From Harriotta raleighana (lineage: Eukaryota), in contig JBNZDD010013730.1 of assembly GCA_050575255.1 (NCBI GenBank), positions 7,089,498 to 7,153,497 on the forward strand: a DNA stretch of 64,000 nt, read 5' to 3'. Positions 25,401-37,800 of this stretch are shown here, one piece after another. The translations under genes and the position numbers were made by a program. Each line of letters starts with the position of its first letter. Positions within the stretch are counted from its first letter, which is position 1. The notes under the pieces are model-generated. The model searched no databases, was not told the DNA's origin, and saw nothing but the letters and a program-made list of their open reading frames with translations.

Positions 25401-27061
25401 TCTCCTATCCTCCTTCACCTTCGCCCTACCCCAACCCTTCCCCCCACCCCCCTGCTCTGGTCCCGACCTGACTGTTCAGTGCCTTGGGACGTCCTCCCGA
25501 TGTGAAAGGCGCCATATAAATGTAATTTTGTTGTTGTTGTTGCTGTTTATTTGGTTGCTGCTTCACAAATAATTGATTTCCATGTTGAATTACACAATGC
25601 TCAGCTTCTTAAACTTGGTTGACTTTGGTTAATCTTTGGTTGACTTTTTTTCAGGAATATACAGGTGCTCAAGGAGTAAATATAATCATAGAAATGCTGG
25701 CCAATATAAATCTGAGCAACGATTTGCAACTTATGTCAAACCATGGCAGGGTGATTGTAAGTACAGTAACATGTGATCAACACATTGAAATAATTTTATG
25801 ATAAAGCAGTTCTTAAACATCATCGTCATAATAATGGTGACAGTATTTATAATTTTTCTCATCTGCATTTTCTGTCAATTTTCCTTTTAATTTGTAGATT
25901 GTTGGTAACAGAGGTTCCATTGAAATAAATCCCAGAGATACTATGGCAAAAGAGTCCAGCATCATTGGCATGAGTTTATTTAATTCATCCAAGGTAAGAA
26001 TGGTAATTTCAAAATTATATACTAAAATTGCTCCTATTGTATTGCTTTTGGTCTCCTTTGATCCATTTGTAATTTTTATCCTCATTAAAAACAGGACTGT
26101 CAAGTCTACCAGAAGGCATGTTCGAGAAGTACAGGATGTAGTAGTCAGGGTATTCCCAGGCTATTTTCCTATTCTCTTCTTTACATTGTATATTTGAGTG
26201 GCAAAACATTTGGTTTATTTTGTGATGAGACTTTAGTCATGTTTGAAGAAGCAGAACCAAATAACCTTGGGCTAGTTTCTATGTGACATGTTAACCATTT
26301 TTAATTTTTTTTTTAGAGAGGCTTATAAAAAGTGTTTTCAAAATAAAGGGTGACAAACATGTGAATATTTTCCATTCTGAATCAATCTGAATACAGTAGT
26401 TTTGATCAAAATAAATCTAAAATTTTTGATTCAAGGACCTAGATACATTATTATTTATCATAACAACAGAAGTCAAAAAGCTTACATAAGGTAATAAATC
26501 ATGAAATGAACTTCAGACTGAAATGCTTCTTTTGTGTTTTGGCCCTCACCTTCTTCCTATTTCTTTAAAACTCTTAAGCACAATTTGTATTTTGCTCATT
26601 TGATGTAAAGGTTATCCATGGCTGTGATTTCTGCAGATGTTTGTGTTGTGGAAAAATAAACACCATGATGTAAGAATATACAAGATAATTAATCCTATGA
26701 TTATGGGATATATTACAAGTGGAGGATTGGAGATTTGGGTGATTTTTGTCCTAAAAATTTCAGAATATGAGGATGGTAATGTTCATAAGATGTATCTGTT
26801 TTAGTCACTAAAACAGAAATAGCAGTCTTCTATTTGGAATTTGATGACATGTTATTGTAACCATTAATAGGTCAATTCTTTATTCTTTCTGTTTTACAGG
26901 AGAATCACCATGAATCTGCTGCTGCACTTCTTGCTGGAATTGAAGCTGGTTGGCTAAAACCATTAATTGGTCGTGAATATCCACTAGAGAAAGTGGCACA
27001 GGCTCATGAAGATATTATTAACTCCCGTGGAGCTACTGGAAAAATGGTTCTTATAATGTGA
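22316..27061 (+). CDS. CRYZ: quinone oxidoreductase / zeta-crystallin (MDR family), complete, 8 coding exons, 332 aa
   Basis: Exons 22316-22435, 22683-22835, 23202-23365, 23576-23627, 24429-24578, 25655-25756, 25898-25993, 26900-27061; total 999 nt. Motifs [35 protein letters not shown] (NADPH-binding), [11 protein letters not shown] and GATGKMVL. Confidence 0.97.
22683..22835 (+). CDS. CRYZ: CRYZ coding exon 2 ([20 protein letters not shown]...)
   Basis: tttag| ... AAG|gtaatt, 153 nt. Confidence 0.95.
23202..23365 (+). CDS. CRYZ: CRYZ coding exon 3 (KGDRVFTSG...YRALFH)
   Basis: Atypical gag| acceptor required by frame; |gtaaga donor. Confidence 0.92.
23576..23627 (+). CDS. CRYZ: CRYZ coding exon 4 ([17 protein letters not shown])
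   Basis: ttcag| ... |gtaagg, 52 nt. Confidence 0.95.
23927..24090 (-). mobile_element. SINE 3' half
   Basis: Reverse complement of family core and tail. Confidence 0.85.
24429..24578 (+). CDS. CRYZ: CRYZ coding exon 5 ([13 protein letters not shown]...YIDKIK)
   Basis: tttag| ... |gtatga, 150 nt. Confidence 0.95.
25210..25545 (+). mobile_element. composite element: C/T tract + SINE core + C/T tract + L2 tail
   Basis: Same architecture as 33290-33765. Confidence 0.7.
25655..25756 (+). CDS. CRYZ: CRYZ coding exon 6 (EYTGAQG...HGRVI)
   Basis: tttcag| ... |gtaagt, 102 nt. Confidence 0.95.
25898..25993 (+). CDS. CRYZ: CRYZ coding exon 7 ([14 protein letters not shown]...SSK)
   Basis: tgtag| ... 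|gtaaga, 96 nt. Confidence 0.95.
26900..27061 (+). CDS. CRYZ: CRYZ last coding exon (ENHHESAA...GKMVLIM*)
   Basis: tacag|, TGA at 27059-27061. AATAAA at 27087 and 27276. Confidence 0.95.
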   Translation, partial: ENHHESAAALLAGIEAGWLKPLIGREYPLEKVAQAHEDIINSRGATGKMVLIM

Positions 27062-28419
27062 ACTCTTTGTCCTACAAGGAGAAAATAATAAACTCGCTGT
27101 TGAATATGATTCAAATTATCTTGTAATCACAACAATCTTTGAAAATTCCTCACAGAAATTTGTACACAAATTTTATATTCTGCCAAATATTGACAAATCA
27201 TGGATACATTCTGTAGTTGTGGCATGATTGCATTGAATATAGATATAATTCAGTAAAGTTGGACAAGAGTGTATTAATAAAATTGTTTTAGAAAAATCTG
27301 TTGAATTAATATATATAAAATCTGTAAATAGTGTTGTCTTCGGTTTATTTATTAATGGTAACTCAATTTCTAAAATATGTATTGGTAGATATAATCTGTT
27401 ACATGCGCGAACATGTAAGATTGGATAATTATCTGGGGAATAATATAATAACGTGCATAAAATCCTGTGTTATTCAGTAGATTAATAAGGAGACCTCTTT
27501 GATCTTAAACAGAAGAGAAAGAAAAAACAACACTGCCCTCACTGAGATTATTGCGAGTAGGTCTTATTTATTCTGAGCTTTGGTGTAAAATTTCACTTGC
27601 ATTACCTGTGTAGATAAATAAGTTATAGGCTGTTTTAGAGGACACTCGAACCTCTGAGTGAAAGCATATAGAAACACGTTTCATTATTACAAAATTTAAG
27701 AATCACTGATGGGAATCCTGGGGAATAACAAATAATTGTTATTTGCTTGTCAAGCATAGTTTAAAAAAAAATTAATCAGAATTCACAAATTGTGTGAAAT
27801 GATTACTGGGGTTCATCTCCATAGTCAAAAGTTTGTTCAAGCTCTATCCTTTATTCTTCTCAATTACCTTATAATGTATTAATATTTTTGCTTGAGTGTA
27901 TCTTATTAAATTTAATATTTGTTGATTATTAAAGTCGAGATGAGTTTCATAATTGCAGAATTTAGTTAAATCCAAATTAAAGATTTATTAGTTTGATTAA
28001 AAATGCAAAAGTTGGCAATCAATGGACAGCTTCAAAGATGGCATTTTCAAAGGCTTTCTTTCCTCTGAAGATCCCCCGTAGGTGAACAGTGCAAAAAGAT
28101 TTGGCCCCATTTGGGCGAAGCATTGAAAAACAAGAGATCAACATAGAATATTTTTAATTCAGAAAGATTCAGACATGCAAGTCTGTGGGTCAGTGTGTAT
28201 GTGTGTGTGTGTGAGGAGCAGGTCTCAGCTGACTAAACACGAATAATCCTTCCCATTTCGGACTTTGAAAAAATAAGCAGTGATTATTTGTTGAGATATT
28301 CCTGACTGGTACAGGACTGTATGGGTCTGTGCTGCATTGTGCAAGCTCTGCAATGCCCACCAGCTGATGATGATAATAATAATATGCCCTCGAAGTGGAC
28401 AAATCACAAGCAAGCAAAC

Positions 28420-28560
28420 GGAGAGGGGGCGGGACGCCTGGCCATTGCAGCACGTGGATTGGCTGTGGCCAGTGATCACGTGCCCAGCGGCCGTACCCAT
28501 CACGTCCCCCTTAGCAACGATGTTGCGAAGTGAAGCTGCGCAGCCTCAGATCAGTCTCCC
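28420..28560 (+). promoter_or_regulatory. ERICH3 CpG-island promoter
   Basis: GC box 28427, CACGTG at 28451 and 28477, inverted CCAAT at 28458, and X-box-like GTCCCCCTTAGCAAC at 28504-28518, upstream of the ATG at 28875. Confidence 0.65.
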
Positions 28561-28635
28561 CAGCGCTGTCAGTCACCGCCGCCTTAAGAATGTGAGCTCG
28601 CCCAAGCCACCTGCACCTCAGCTCAGCTCATCCGT

Positions 28636-28717
28636 CCTCATCCCTCCTCTCCGCATCCCTCCTCTCCGCATCCCTCCTGTCCTCATCCCTCCTCTCCGCA
28701 TCCCTCCTCTCCCATCC
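28636..28717 (+). repeat. 15-bp minisatellite (CCGCATCCCTCCTCT) x5 in the presumed ERICH3 5' UTR
   Basis: Five adjacent units read directly from the sequence. Confidence 0.95.
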
Positions 28718-28874
28718 AAAGCCCAACAAGTCGACTTGAATGCACTGAGTCGGGGTCTCGGACGGAGCATAAAGCTTCCACTGCGCAACCAGGAGGCGAG
28801 GCAGAAAGAAGGGGGAGGAAGAGCGAAGAAGAAGAAGAAAAACAACAACAACAACAACAAACGCCTTCGAGAAA

Positions 28875-28894
28875 ATGAGTTACTCACATCCCGG
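28875..28894 (+). CDS. ERICH3: ERICH3 exon 1 coding part (MSYSHPG)
   Basis: aaaATG, strong donor GG|gtaagt in phase 2, matching exon 2. The human protein starts MSHSHP. Confidence 0.9.
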
Positions 28895-31800
28895 GTAAGT
28901 CGGGTCGTGCATCCGCCAATGTTTATCGTCAACAAGAAAACCGCGGGTTTTAATCTCCTCTCGGAGTTCGCCCGCAGCAAACTGCTGGTAACGGCGCTTG
29001 TCTCCCGGTGGGGAGGGGGNNNNNNNNNNNNNNNNNNNNNNNNNNNNNNNNNNNNNNNNNNNNNNNNNNNNNNNNNNNNNNNNNNNNNNNNNNNNNNGGG
29101 GGGGGGGGGGGGGGGTGTGATCTCTCTCCCATCTCTCTCTCCCCATCTCTCTCTGCGAATAACTGTCTGTGCAGCACATCAAGGGCGGACACAGCGGACA
29201 GGTGTGACTTCAGTGAGANTGATCTCTCTCCCCATCTCTCTCTCTCTCTCTCTGCGAATAAGTGTCTGTGCAGCATATCAAGGGCGGACGCAGCGGACAG
29301 GTGTGACTTCAGTGAGGCTTGTTCACTGTCAGGAACACCAGAGAGGGGAAACCCCCCCCCCCCCTACCACCCCCCATCCCCTCCCCTCCCCTCCCGATAC
29401 CGCCGCGATTGGAAAGTTCTCAGTCATCTCGGTGGAACAGAAAGTCAGTAAAAAGGAAACGAATCCCATTGGGGGGCGTCCTGTATCGAGCGGCCCCCAA
29501 ATGCAGCAAAGTTTGTCTTCGAGTCAACGGCCAGGAAGGAGACACCGAGTTGCTCATTTCGTGCGTCCAACGGTGTTGCAGCATCGAATAGGCGATGATA
29601 CAGAGAGATTCGTTCGTAAGGATTTCGAGGGACGGGACGGGACGGGGACTCCTCGCCCTAAAACATTCGTCAAGTCCCCACCCCAGATCGATTGCACGGG
29701 AGGGAAAGCTTGCTTTGCACACTGACATCTTCCCTCTTCCCTCTGGGTTGCTATGATTTACAGGCGNGCTTTGCACACTGACATCTTCCCTCTTCCCTCT
29801 GGGTTGCTATGATTTACCTTGTGTTTGCTTTATTGAGAAGTCCGGTCGATAAGAAGCTGCACACGATAGAGATACAGGCGGTCCCCAAGTTACGTCAGGG
29901 TTAGGTTCCTAAGATGTGGTGTAAGTCGAATTTGTATGTAAGTCGAGTCACCCCCTATAATGCTTACAGTAACATACAGTTGTAGTGTCGTAACTTCGAG
30001 ACTTTGGATGTAACTCGGACGTAATTTTACTGATATTAAGCGTCGCAACTTCGAATTGTCGTATCTCAGGATGTCGTAACTTGAGGACTGCCTGTATGAA
30101 TCCTATGCCGTCTTATAGAAGAGCGAAAACTGAAGCACTCTAGGTATGGTTTCCAATTCAGTACATTGAATACATTGTCGCACNNNNNNNNNNNNNNNNN
30201 NNNNNNNNNNNNNNNNNNNNNNNCCCCCCCCCCCCCCCCCCCAAAACAAAAGTCATTAGAATGATGGTCAGAATTGCACGTATGGTTTTAGCAATAGGAC
30301 ACTGAAGAATAAATCAATAACGAGTTAGGACTCGCCTACTAAAGTATGTGTGTGTTTTTTTTTGTTATTTCATGTCAAATTCTGCTCCAAACTTTTGCTT
30401 CAGAAGAACCGAGGCAGGTCACCGAGCCACAAAAGTGATGGACAAATAGACTGTGCGAACAATAGACTACAGACTAACAATGTGCAGGTTCCTGTGTACC
30501 CAGAGTAGGGATGAGATTGATGGGCAGCATCAAATTTCTGTCATTCCACTCTGTGACACCGCAGCAGTGATGGTGTGGCACGGAATGGTATTCATTGCAA
30601 AGCAACTTGATGTTCGCCATGAATGGGGCCAGGACACCAAATGGTGAATGCACCGTTTCATAATTGTTCACAGCATCACAAACACATTTGAATCCTATCT
30701 TCCCCCCCACCCCCCCACCCCCCCCCACCCCCCCACCGTCTTCCACCCGTTCTCACTTGATTCGAAAGCGAGAAGAAAAGAGGAATGATGTATATTTAAA
30801 AAAAACGCCATTTGGATCACTGACAGTGCTGAGGGGGATTGGAGGTTGATTTTCCCCATCAAAAAAGTTAAAAGCAAAACTTTATAAAGTACATAGTTCT
30901 CTACTCGTTTAATTATTTTTGTGTCATTGTTAAATAGCAACCACTAGTTTTGAAAACACCAGCATCTCTACTATTAAGGCTCCTGATGCGAAAGGCACTA
31001 TACAATGTAATATTGTTGTTGTATACAAATATTTTGTTTTTGTAAGGCTGTCATCCTCATTAAGGTGTCAAGCAGTTTGTTTCAGTTTATGTCAATCCAA
31101 TTCATGTGAGATCATATTTATGCAAGTAGCATAAGGCATGCATTGATTCAAGGCATCCAGGATAGGTATTTTGTTAATGAGTTACAATGGCTGTTTCATT
31201 TCTAGGAGAATTCAAAAAATTCTGTAATGAAAACAAGTACAGGACCTGCACAATACAGGGAGCCCTTTTAAATGTAAATTACTACAATTATGTTCCAGCC
31301 TGTTGCTGTGTCTATAAATTAAGTATATATTTACAGTATAAAGCAAAGTTCACCGTTCCGAGAAATGTGTTGTAAATATTTGAATTATTCTGACTGTGTA
31401 ATTCCCAGAGACATTTAGTTGTGCGTGCATGATCATATTGTAGAAGAGTTATATTAGGAATGTTTTGATCGACTATGCAGACCTCAGGGTAAGGTGGCTG
31501 GCACGAGATCAGGTGTGTAAAGCGTTTGTTGATTGGGTTGCAATCCGGAGAAATAAACTTGCACATTGCACAATCATCTCAATATCAGTACATGCCAAGT
31601 CCATATTTCCGTCATGCTGTTTTGACATCAATATTCTGACTCGGTATCATCGAGTCAAACATCATACAGTATATGATACATACATCTGAAATTGCAACAT
31701 ACGATGAATTCTTAAGTAATCNGGTATCATCGAGTCAAACATCATACAGTATATGATACATACATCTGAAATTGCAACATACGATGAATTGTTAAGTAAT

Positions 31801-34800
31801 CACCTCCTTCAAGATATCCATGGCAGATGATACTCTGCTACTGTTTGAACAATATTATCACCATTATTATGCAGCAAAGAATCCCAAACCAAATTCAATT
31901 TGATCAGTTTTATATATTTTCTGTAAAACACAAGACACTTTCGGTAACTGTCTTTCAGACTGGCCCTGCAAATTATAAAATATTGTCAAAATTGTAGGAG
32001 GAAAAACTGTATTACAGTAATACGTTTTAGCAATTGCAAAATACACTTGTTTCNCATATTATCACCATTATTATGCAGCAAAGAATCCCAAACCAAATTC
32101 AATTTGATCAGTTTTATATATTTTCTGTAAAACACAAGACACTTTCGGTAACTGTCTTTCAGACTGGCCCTGCAAATTATAAAATATTGTCAAAATTGTA
32201 AGAGGAAAAACTATTACAGTAATACGTTTTAGCAATTGCAAAACACACTTGTTTANAACTGTATTACAGTAATACGTTTTAGCAATTGCAAAATACACTT
32301 GTTTCAATTTTTTCCCATGTTTTCAGCTTTCAAAAGGTAATATATGTGTTAATTTGAAAATATTTCTAGCATGAAGCATATATTTCATCCAGCACCATTA
32401 ATTAAAATGCATTATTAATGAATAAGTACAGTTAGACCTTTTGGCAGCTTCATAGTCACATGATTGCCTGTGATATAGACTTCTACAGTTTTTAAAAGTT
32501 TGGCAAAAAATTGTTATCCTTTTGGGATTATCGTGGATTATTTAGTTTCTCATTCACGAGAGTTGTTATTAAATGGTGATTAAGATGTTATTGAATGGTT
32601 ATTTTGGTGTCCCGTAGCTGAGTGATTCGAGCATTCCCCTCTCAAATAAGAGACCTTGGTTTGATTCCCGGAAGGGCAAAATGGCAAGTTTCCTTACTCT
32701 ACACACTTTTGTTTACCTAGCAGTAAGTACGAACCTGGTTATTATTCGATTGGCGGATCACTTTTCCAGGGGTAATAATTCCTTCAACAAAAAAAAAATC
32801 ATTTGGTCATTCAATCCACAATTGTTTATGGGACACTTCTGTCCGCACTTGACTGCCGTGTTTTACCTACATACTATGCGGTCAATTCACTTCAAAGTAT
32901 ATCCAGTGAAGCACTTTTAGATGTCTCGAAGACATGACAAGGTGCTAAATCTAATGCAAGGATTATAGGATTATTATTGGTCGGATATGATAGCTGGCTG
33001 GACAATAACTCAGTGCTTGTGTTTGTGCCATTGCTATGTAAAGAACAAGCCTGAGGAAAAGCTTAGCTACTGTGGAAGACATTAAAATGTTAAAGATAGC
33101 GTCACTCTTGCAGACAACTTGAAAAGAAGTACAGTACATTGTACGGTAACAGAGGAAATTTTCCATTATATTGAATTTCAGGACATTTTGAGATTGTTTC
33201 CATTGCATATCCGTGTACTTGTTTGGAGGTAGAAACTGTTGAGCAAATATTTATTAGCAAACATATTGTTGTTGATGTTTGTTGTTGTTTGGCCCCCCCC
33301 TGCCCCCTGACCTTTTGCCCTCCTTTTTCTTCTTCCCTCTCTCCCTTTCCCCCCTTCCCTCTTGCCCCCCTTTCTCCTTGGTTTCCCTCCCTCCACCTTT
33401 CCCCCCCTCTTCCCCCTTGCCACCATTTCTCCCTCCTTGTCCTCCTTGATTTCCCCCTTGTCCTCCTTTCTCCGCTCTTTCTCCGTCCTTTTTCCTCCCT
33501 GATTTTACCCCACCCGCATTTTCCTCCGTCTCCCCCCTTGCCCTCTTTCCCCCTTTCTTCCCTGGCCCCATTTCCGTGTGTGTTTGTGGGGACACTGCTG
33601 TGCGCAATTTGGCTGCCGCGTTTCGCCCACAAATATACAGTCAGTATTTTCCTGCTTTTCTTCCCCCGACCCCTCCCCCCACTTGACTGTACAGCGCCTT
33701 GGGACGTCCTCCTGACGTGAAAGGCGCTATATAAATACAATAAATAAATAAATTAAATTAAATAAGACACAAAGGCTCTGCAGCAAACGTTTGCTATGAT
33801 AACATTGTAACCAAGACTACCTTTACTTATCTGAATCTTAGTTATCAGTCGAAAGCTTCTTTATAAAACTTGTGTCTTCTGTTTATTGAAAGCACCCACA
33901 TTACAAATGATAGGTTCTACATTTTTATTGTTTTAATGCATTGTCTTTCAGTGCCTTGGGACGTTCTCCCGATGTGAAAAGCACCCTATTAATGTAATTT
34001 TGTTGTTGTTGAACTCAGCAACTTTGCTCATGCTGATATTAAATAAATAATGCAATTATATAAAAGAGCTGTCAAATTCACAAGAAGGACAGTGTTCAGA
34101 TACAAAACTGAGGATTATTAGACCTCTAGTTTATGAGATTTTCAAATAATCAAGAAGGAAAGTGGAGAAAAAGAAAATACCTGGAGCTGAGCAGAATTTT
34201 GCCAATATTTTTCTGTGTAAGTTTCATTGGATAGTTTCTTGAACAATGCACAAAACACAATTATTTTCATTATTACCTCAAAGTATTTTAGTATTATTTG
34301 CTTGAATTGTTAGTCCACATGGACATTTATCAAACAGTAACCTAGGACAGTAAGGCATGCTGAGAAATATTCCAAACAGATATCATGGCTATATATAGTA
34401 TATGCCCTCATTGCCCAAGTGTAACAGATTTAGTGTGTAAAATTGGCAATTTTATTTCAAGACAGTGCATGTTCTTGCGTGACCTGCATTTCCTGAATGA
34501 GTATGGTATCAATACAGTATAAGCCATGGACTACCTATCCTGATACAGGTGCAGTGGGTCCCGTATCTCTCAGTACTGGCTGTGAAATATAAATACTGCA
34601 CAAGGCTCATAAATTGGAAGAGGGTCAGATTCCTAACTAAAACCTCAGGTAATTTATTTCAAAATTAAATTAAGTTCTTAAAGAGTGTGAGGTTCAATGG
34701 GACTGTTGCTCAATCACCAGCTGATCAGGTAATACATTAACTAGGTATGGACCAAATTATTATTCTCTTTACAATTTAAGAATTAAATCTGGCCGGCCAT

Positions 34801-37800
34801 CCAGGAAGTAAAGCTCTGAAAAAGGACTTTACTCTTGCACTCTTGGTGACCTTTTATTTGGCATTGGTTAACTGGTACCTTGTCCCGAAGCAATGAATCC
34901 CGAACTAAGCTTGCAATAGGGTATGCAGAGTGCAGATTAGCAGGCAATTGAACATCTGACTGATCTTATTTGTAATTAAATTATTTTGTAAATTATTATA
35001 CTGCAGTTATTTTCACAACAATATCACCAAATGTCAAGGTACTGCAATGTGGCTTGGCTGATTTTTTTTTAGTTTAAGTTATAGTTCATTTCACCCATGG
35101 ACTAACATTTTAACAGCAGAATGTTCATCCTTTGTGCACAAAGGTTAGTGAATGCTTTTTCACCTCCTAATGTATCTCCGGAAAGACTTTTGCCATTAGT
35201 TGTCATAGTTGCAAAGCTGTTTCTTACATCTGGTCCTGCAAACATTAATGTTTAATGTGACATGGAAATGAATGCTTAAATATATGCCAATATTCTAATA
35301 GAGCATATCAATCCAATTTACAGCATAACATGTTTAAATATGTATGTTATCCTTTCCATCTTTCAGACAACTTGCCTATAATAGCCTTACAGACAAACAC
35401 TTGGCAGGATACTTCAACAATACTCGAATACGGAGGCACCTTCAGAAAGCAGGACTTGTATGTACAAAATTGTCATCATTGTTTATTATATTCATTCGAG
35501 TGTGTGTGTGTGTATATACACTGTATATCTGTGTGTGTGTATATTGTGCCAGATCCTTTTCTATCTGCTTTGATAATACATCATATTCACCAGTATAGGA
35601 GAAAAATCTATTTATATTGTTATTCGGTCATGTTACTTCTTCAACATTTAAATTTTTTTCACAAGAAAAAAAGTAAGGAATGAGAAAAAAAACACTAGTG
35701 TTACAGAAGCTCATCCCTCCTGTATCATAATTCTCCAATCAGGCATTTTAAGTAATCCCAAGACTTTTGACTCTATTAAATGATTTGGTTGTTTGTTACA
35801 TTTTTTGAATTATTTTATAATCTTTTGATTTTGATTTTATGATTTTTTTGGAGTGTCAGCACTCCAACACATCATTCCACATAAAGGGCATTCTACATAA
35901 TGCGGGTAATTATTTGGGAAAGACAAGTTTGCAGGGCTATGGTGAGAGAGTGGGATTAATTTGGTTAGCTCTTTTCAAAGTGCTGGTGCAACAAAATGGG
36001 CCAAATGGCCTTCTGTGCTGCAAAATTCTATGATTCTATGATATAAATGCAAGTTGTCGTTCTTCTTCTCTGTATGTACTATTTGTTTTATATCCTCTTG
36101 TCCTACTTTCTTGATTTACATTATCAAATGCTTTTCATACTTACTTTCTTTGTAGATTGTAATACAGTATTTAAATTTTACTCATCCTTTTACACTTTAA
36201 ATGAGCCTTCCTTGTTTCTGTACCTTTCCGAGTGCACTGTCTACGGCATGATGTCCAAAACTAATATAGTGTGTGTGATTTTGCTGTTGAACCCAGATTA
36301 CAAGAAGTGGAAGAATTGTCTCAGAAAAGGAATACCGTCTGAATGTAGTTAGAAAGGATCACCATAAATATGTCCGGGAATGCCTGGCACAAGCAATATT
36401 TCATAAAGTGCTTGAGATGGAGGTATGATAAACTTATTTTTCTTAATGTCTGTTGCTTCAGCAATGTTGACAATCAGATTGATTTCAAGTTTGAAATATA
36501 TGATTAATGTGTTACTTATTTTGTTTGTACTTCTAGAAATGGCTTATATTGAAGTTTTATGATTTTTTAAAAAAAAATTCAGCAACATAAAGCCTATCTG
36601 ATATGTAATGATAATTTATACTGATGTGTGACTGGACTGAATCCTTCTGCAACTATAATGACTTATTTTTTCTATGATATTCTAGCGTCATCATCAGATA
36701 GAAATCAAAAAACAACTGGAAGATTTTGCCAGAAGAGAGCGTGTCCAAAGGATCAAGGTTTTCTGTCCCAGTTGTTTGTTTGTTTCTTTTAAATACAGGC
36801 TTAATTACCAGACACAAAGTATTTTAGAATTGAAGTCTTTAACCTCAACATGAATTGTTGTCTTTCTGAAAAAGGTGGAACGTGCACGAAGATCTGATGA
36901 AGATTTTATTCCTTATCTCTCGCCACATCCTCCAACTGCTCCCCGGATTGGCCACAGGATTCGCTCTGGCCCAGATGTAGAACAGTCTGATTCCTCAACA
37001 TCTGTAAGTGTGTTCAATGGTACACTTGTTCAGTGGTGCCTGAAAGCTGAAAGTAACTCAATTTGGTATAGTAAACTATATTTAATTTTAATTTTTGAAA
37101 TGATGAGAGCAGGTAGAGGTCACAAGTGGACTTCAATAGGCTCCGAGCTTTAATGAATTCACCAACAATTTCATTTCAAATTGATAATAGGTTGCAATGA
37201 AAATTAAAATGAACGCTGGAAATGAATCAATGTCTGACAGAGAAAGACAATTAGTACTGTATAGTATTTTGGGTTTGATCCCTTATGAGACCTCTTTTTA
37301 TTTGTATTTATTTTTGTTTTTTAAAGTCACCTAAAATCTTATCCTTAGCATGAGAATCTGCCTTCACATACAACAAAAACACTTTGTTTTGTTTGATTTA
37401 AATGATTAATTATAGAAAAATTGCTGCCATTGTGCAAAACTTTGTAGCTGATAACATGACTAAGGTCTCATACTTTTAATTTGTGCTTGCTCTTAATCAT
37501 AATACAGTACTTGCAAAATAGACACTCATGAAACACATCAAATATTTAACCTCTTCAAATGTTTGTTATCTGATCTCCTTATCTACCCTAGGCATAACAC
37601 TATTTAGAATCAGTTTGTACTGGAGAGTAATTTGTCATGTTTGTTCAATAGCTTCAATAAAATGAGTATTTTCTGTGAAAGCTACACTGTTTTACCAGCA
37701 AGTCAACAACATACACACCAATGTTTAAAAGTCATCAATGATATATTTGTGTGTCAGTTTGCATAAGTACTGACAGAGGCTGTGTTTAAGGAATTAGAGA

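Larger units (their letters stand above)
23724..27718 (+). repeat. dispersed repeat pair (23724-23892 and 27581-27718)
   Basis: Shared TGGTGTAAAATTTCACTTGCAT.AC.TG.GTAGATAAATAAGTTATA, with colinear downstream blocks. Confidence 0.85.

Noticed and set aside
28636-28717. CRISPR-like array or prokaryotic system
   Set aside because: The repeats have no spacers and the DNA is vertebrate and intron-containing. No such system is present in the window.
28337-29725. 462-aa ORF over the ERICH3 promoter and intron 1
   Set aside because: It spans an N gap, an artefactual duplication and simple repeats in GC-rich DNA. The real exon 1 is in another frame.
33102-33740. Several 80-212 aa ORFs
   Set aside because: They come from a C/T low-complexity tract and retroposon sequence.
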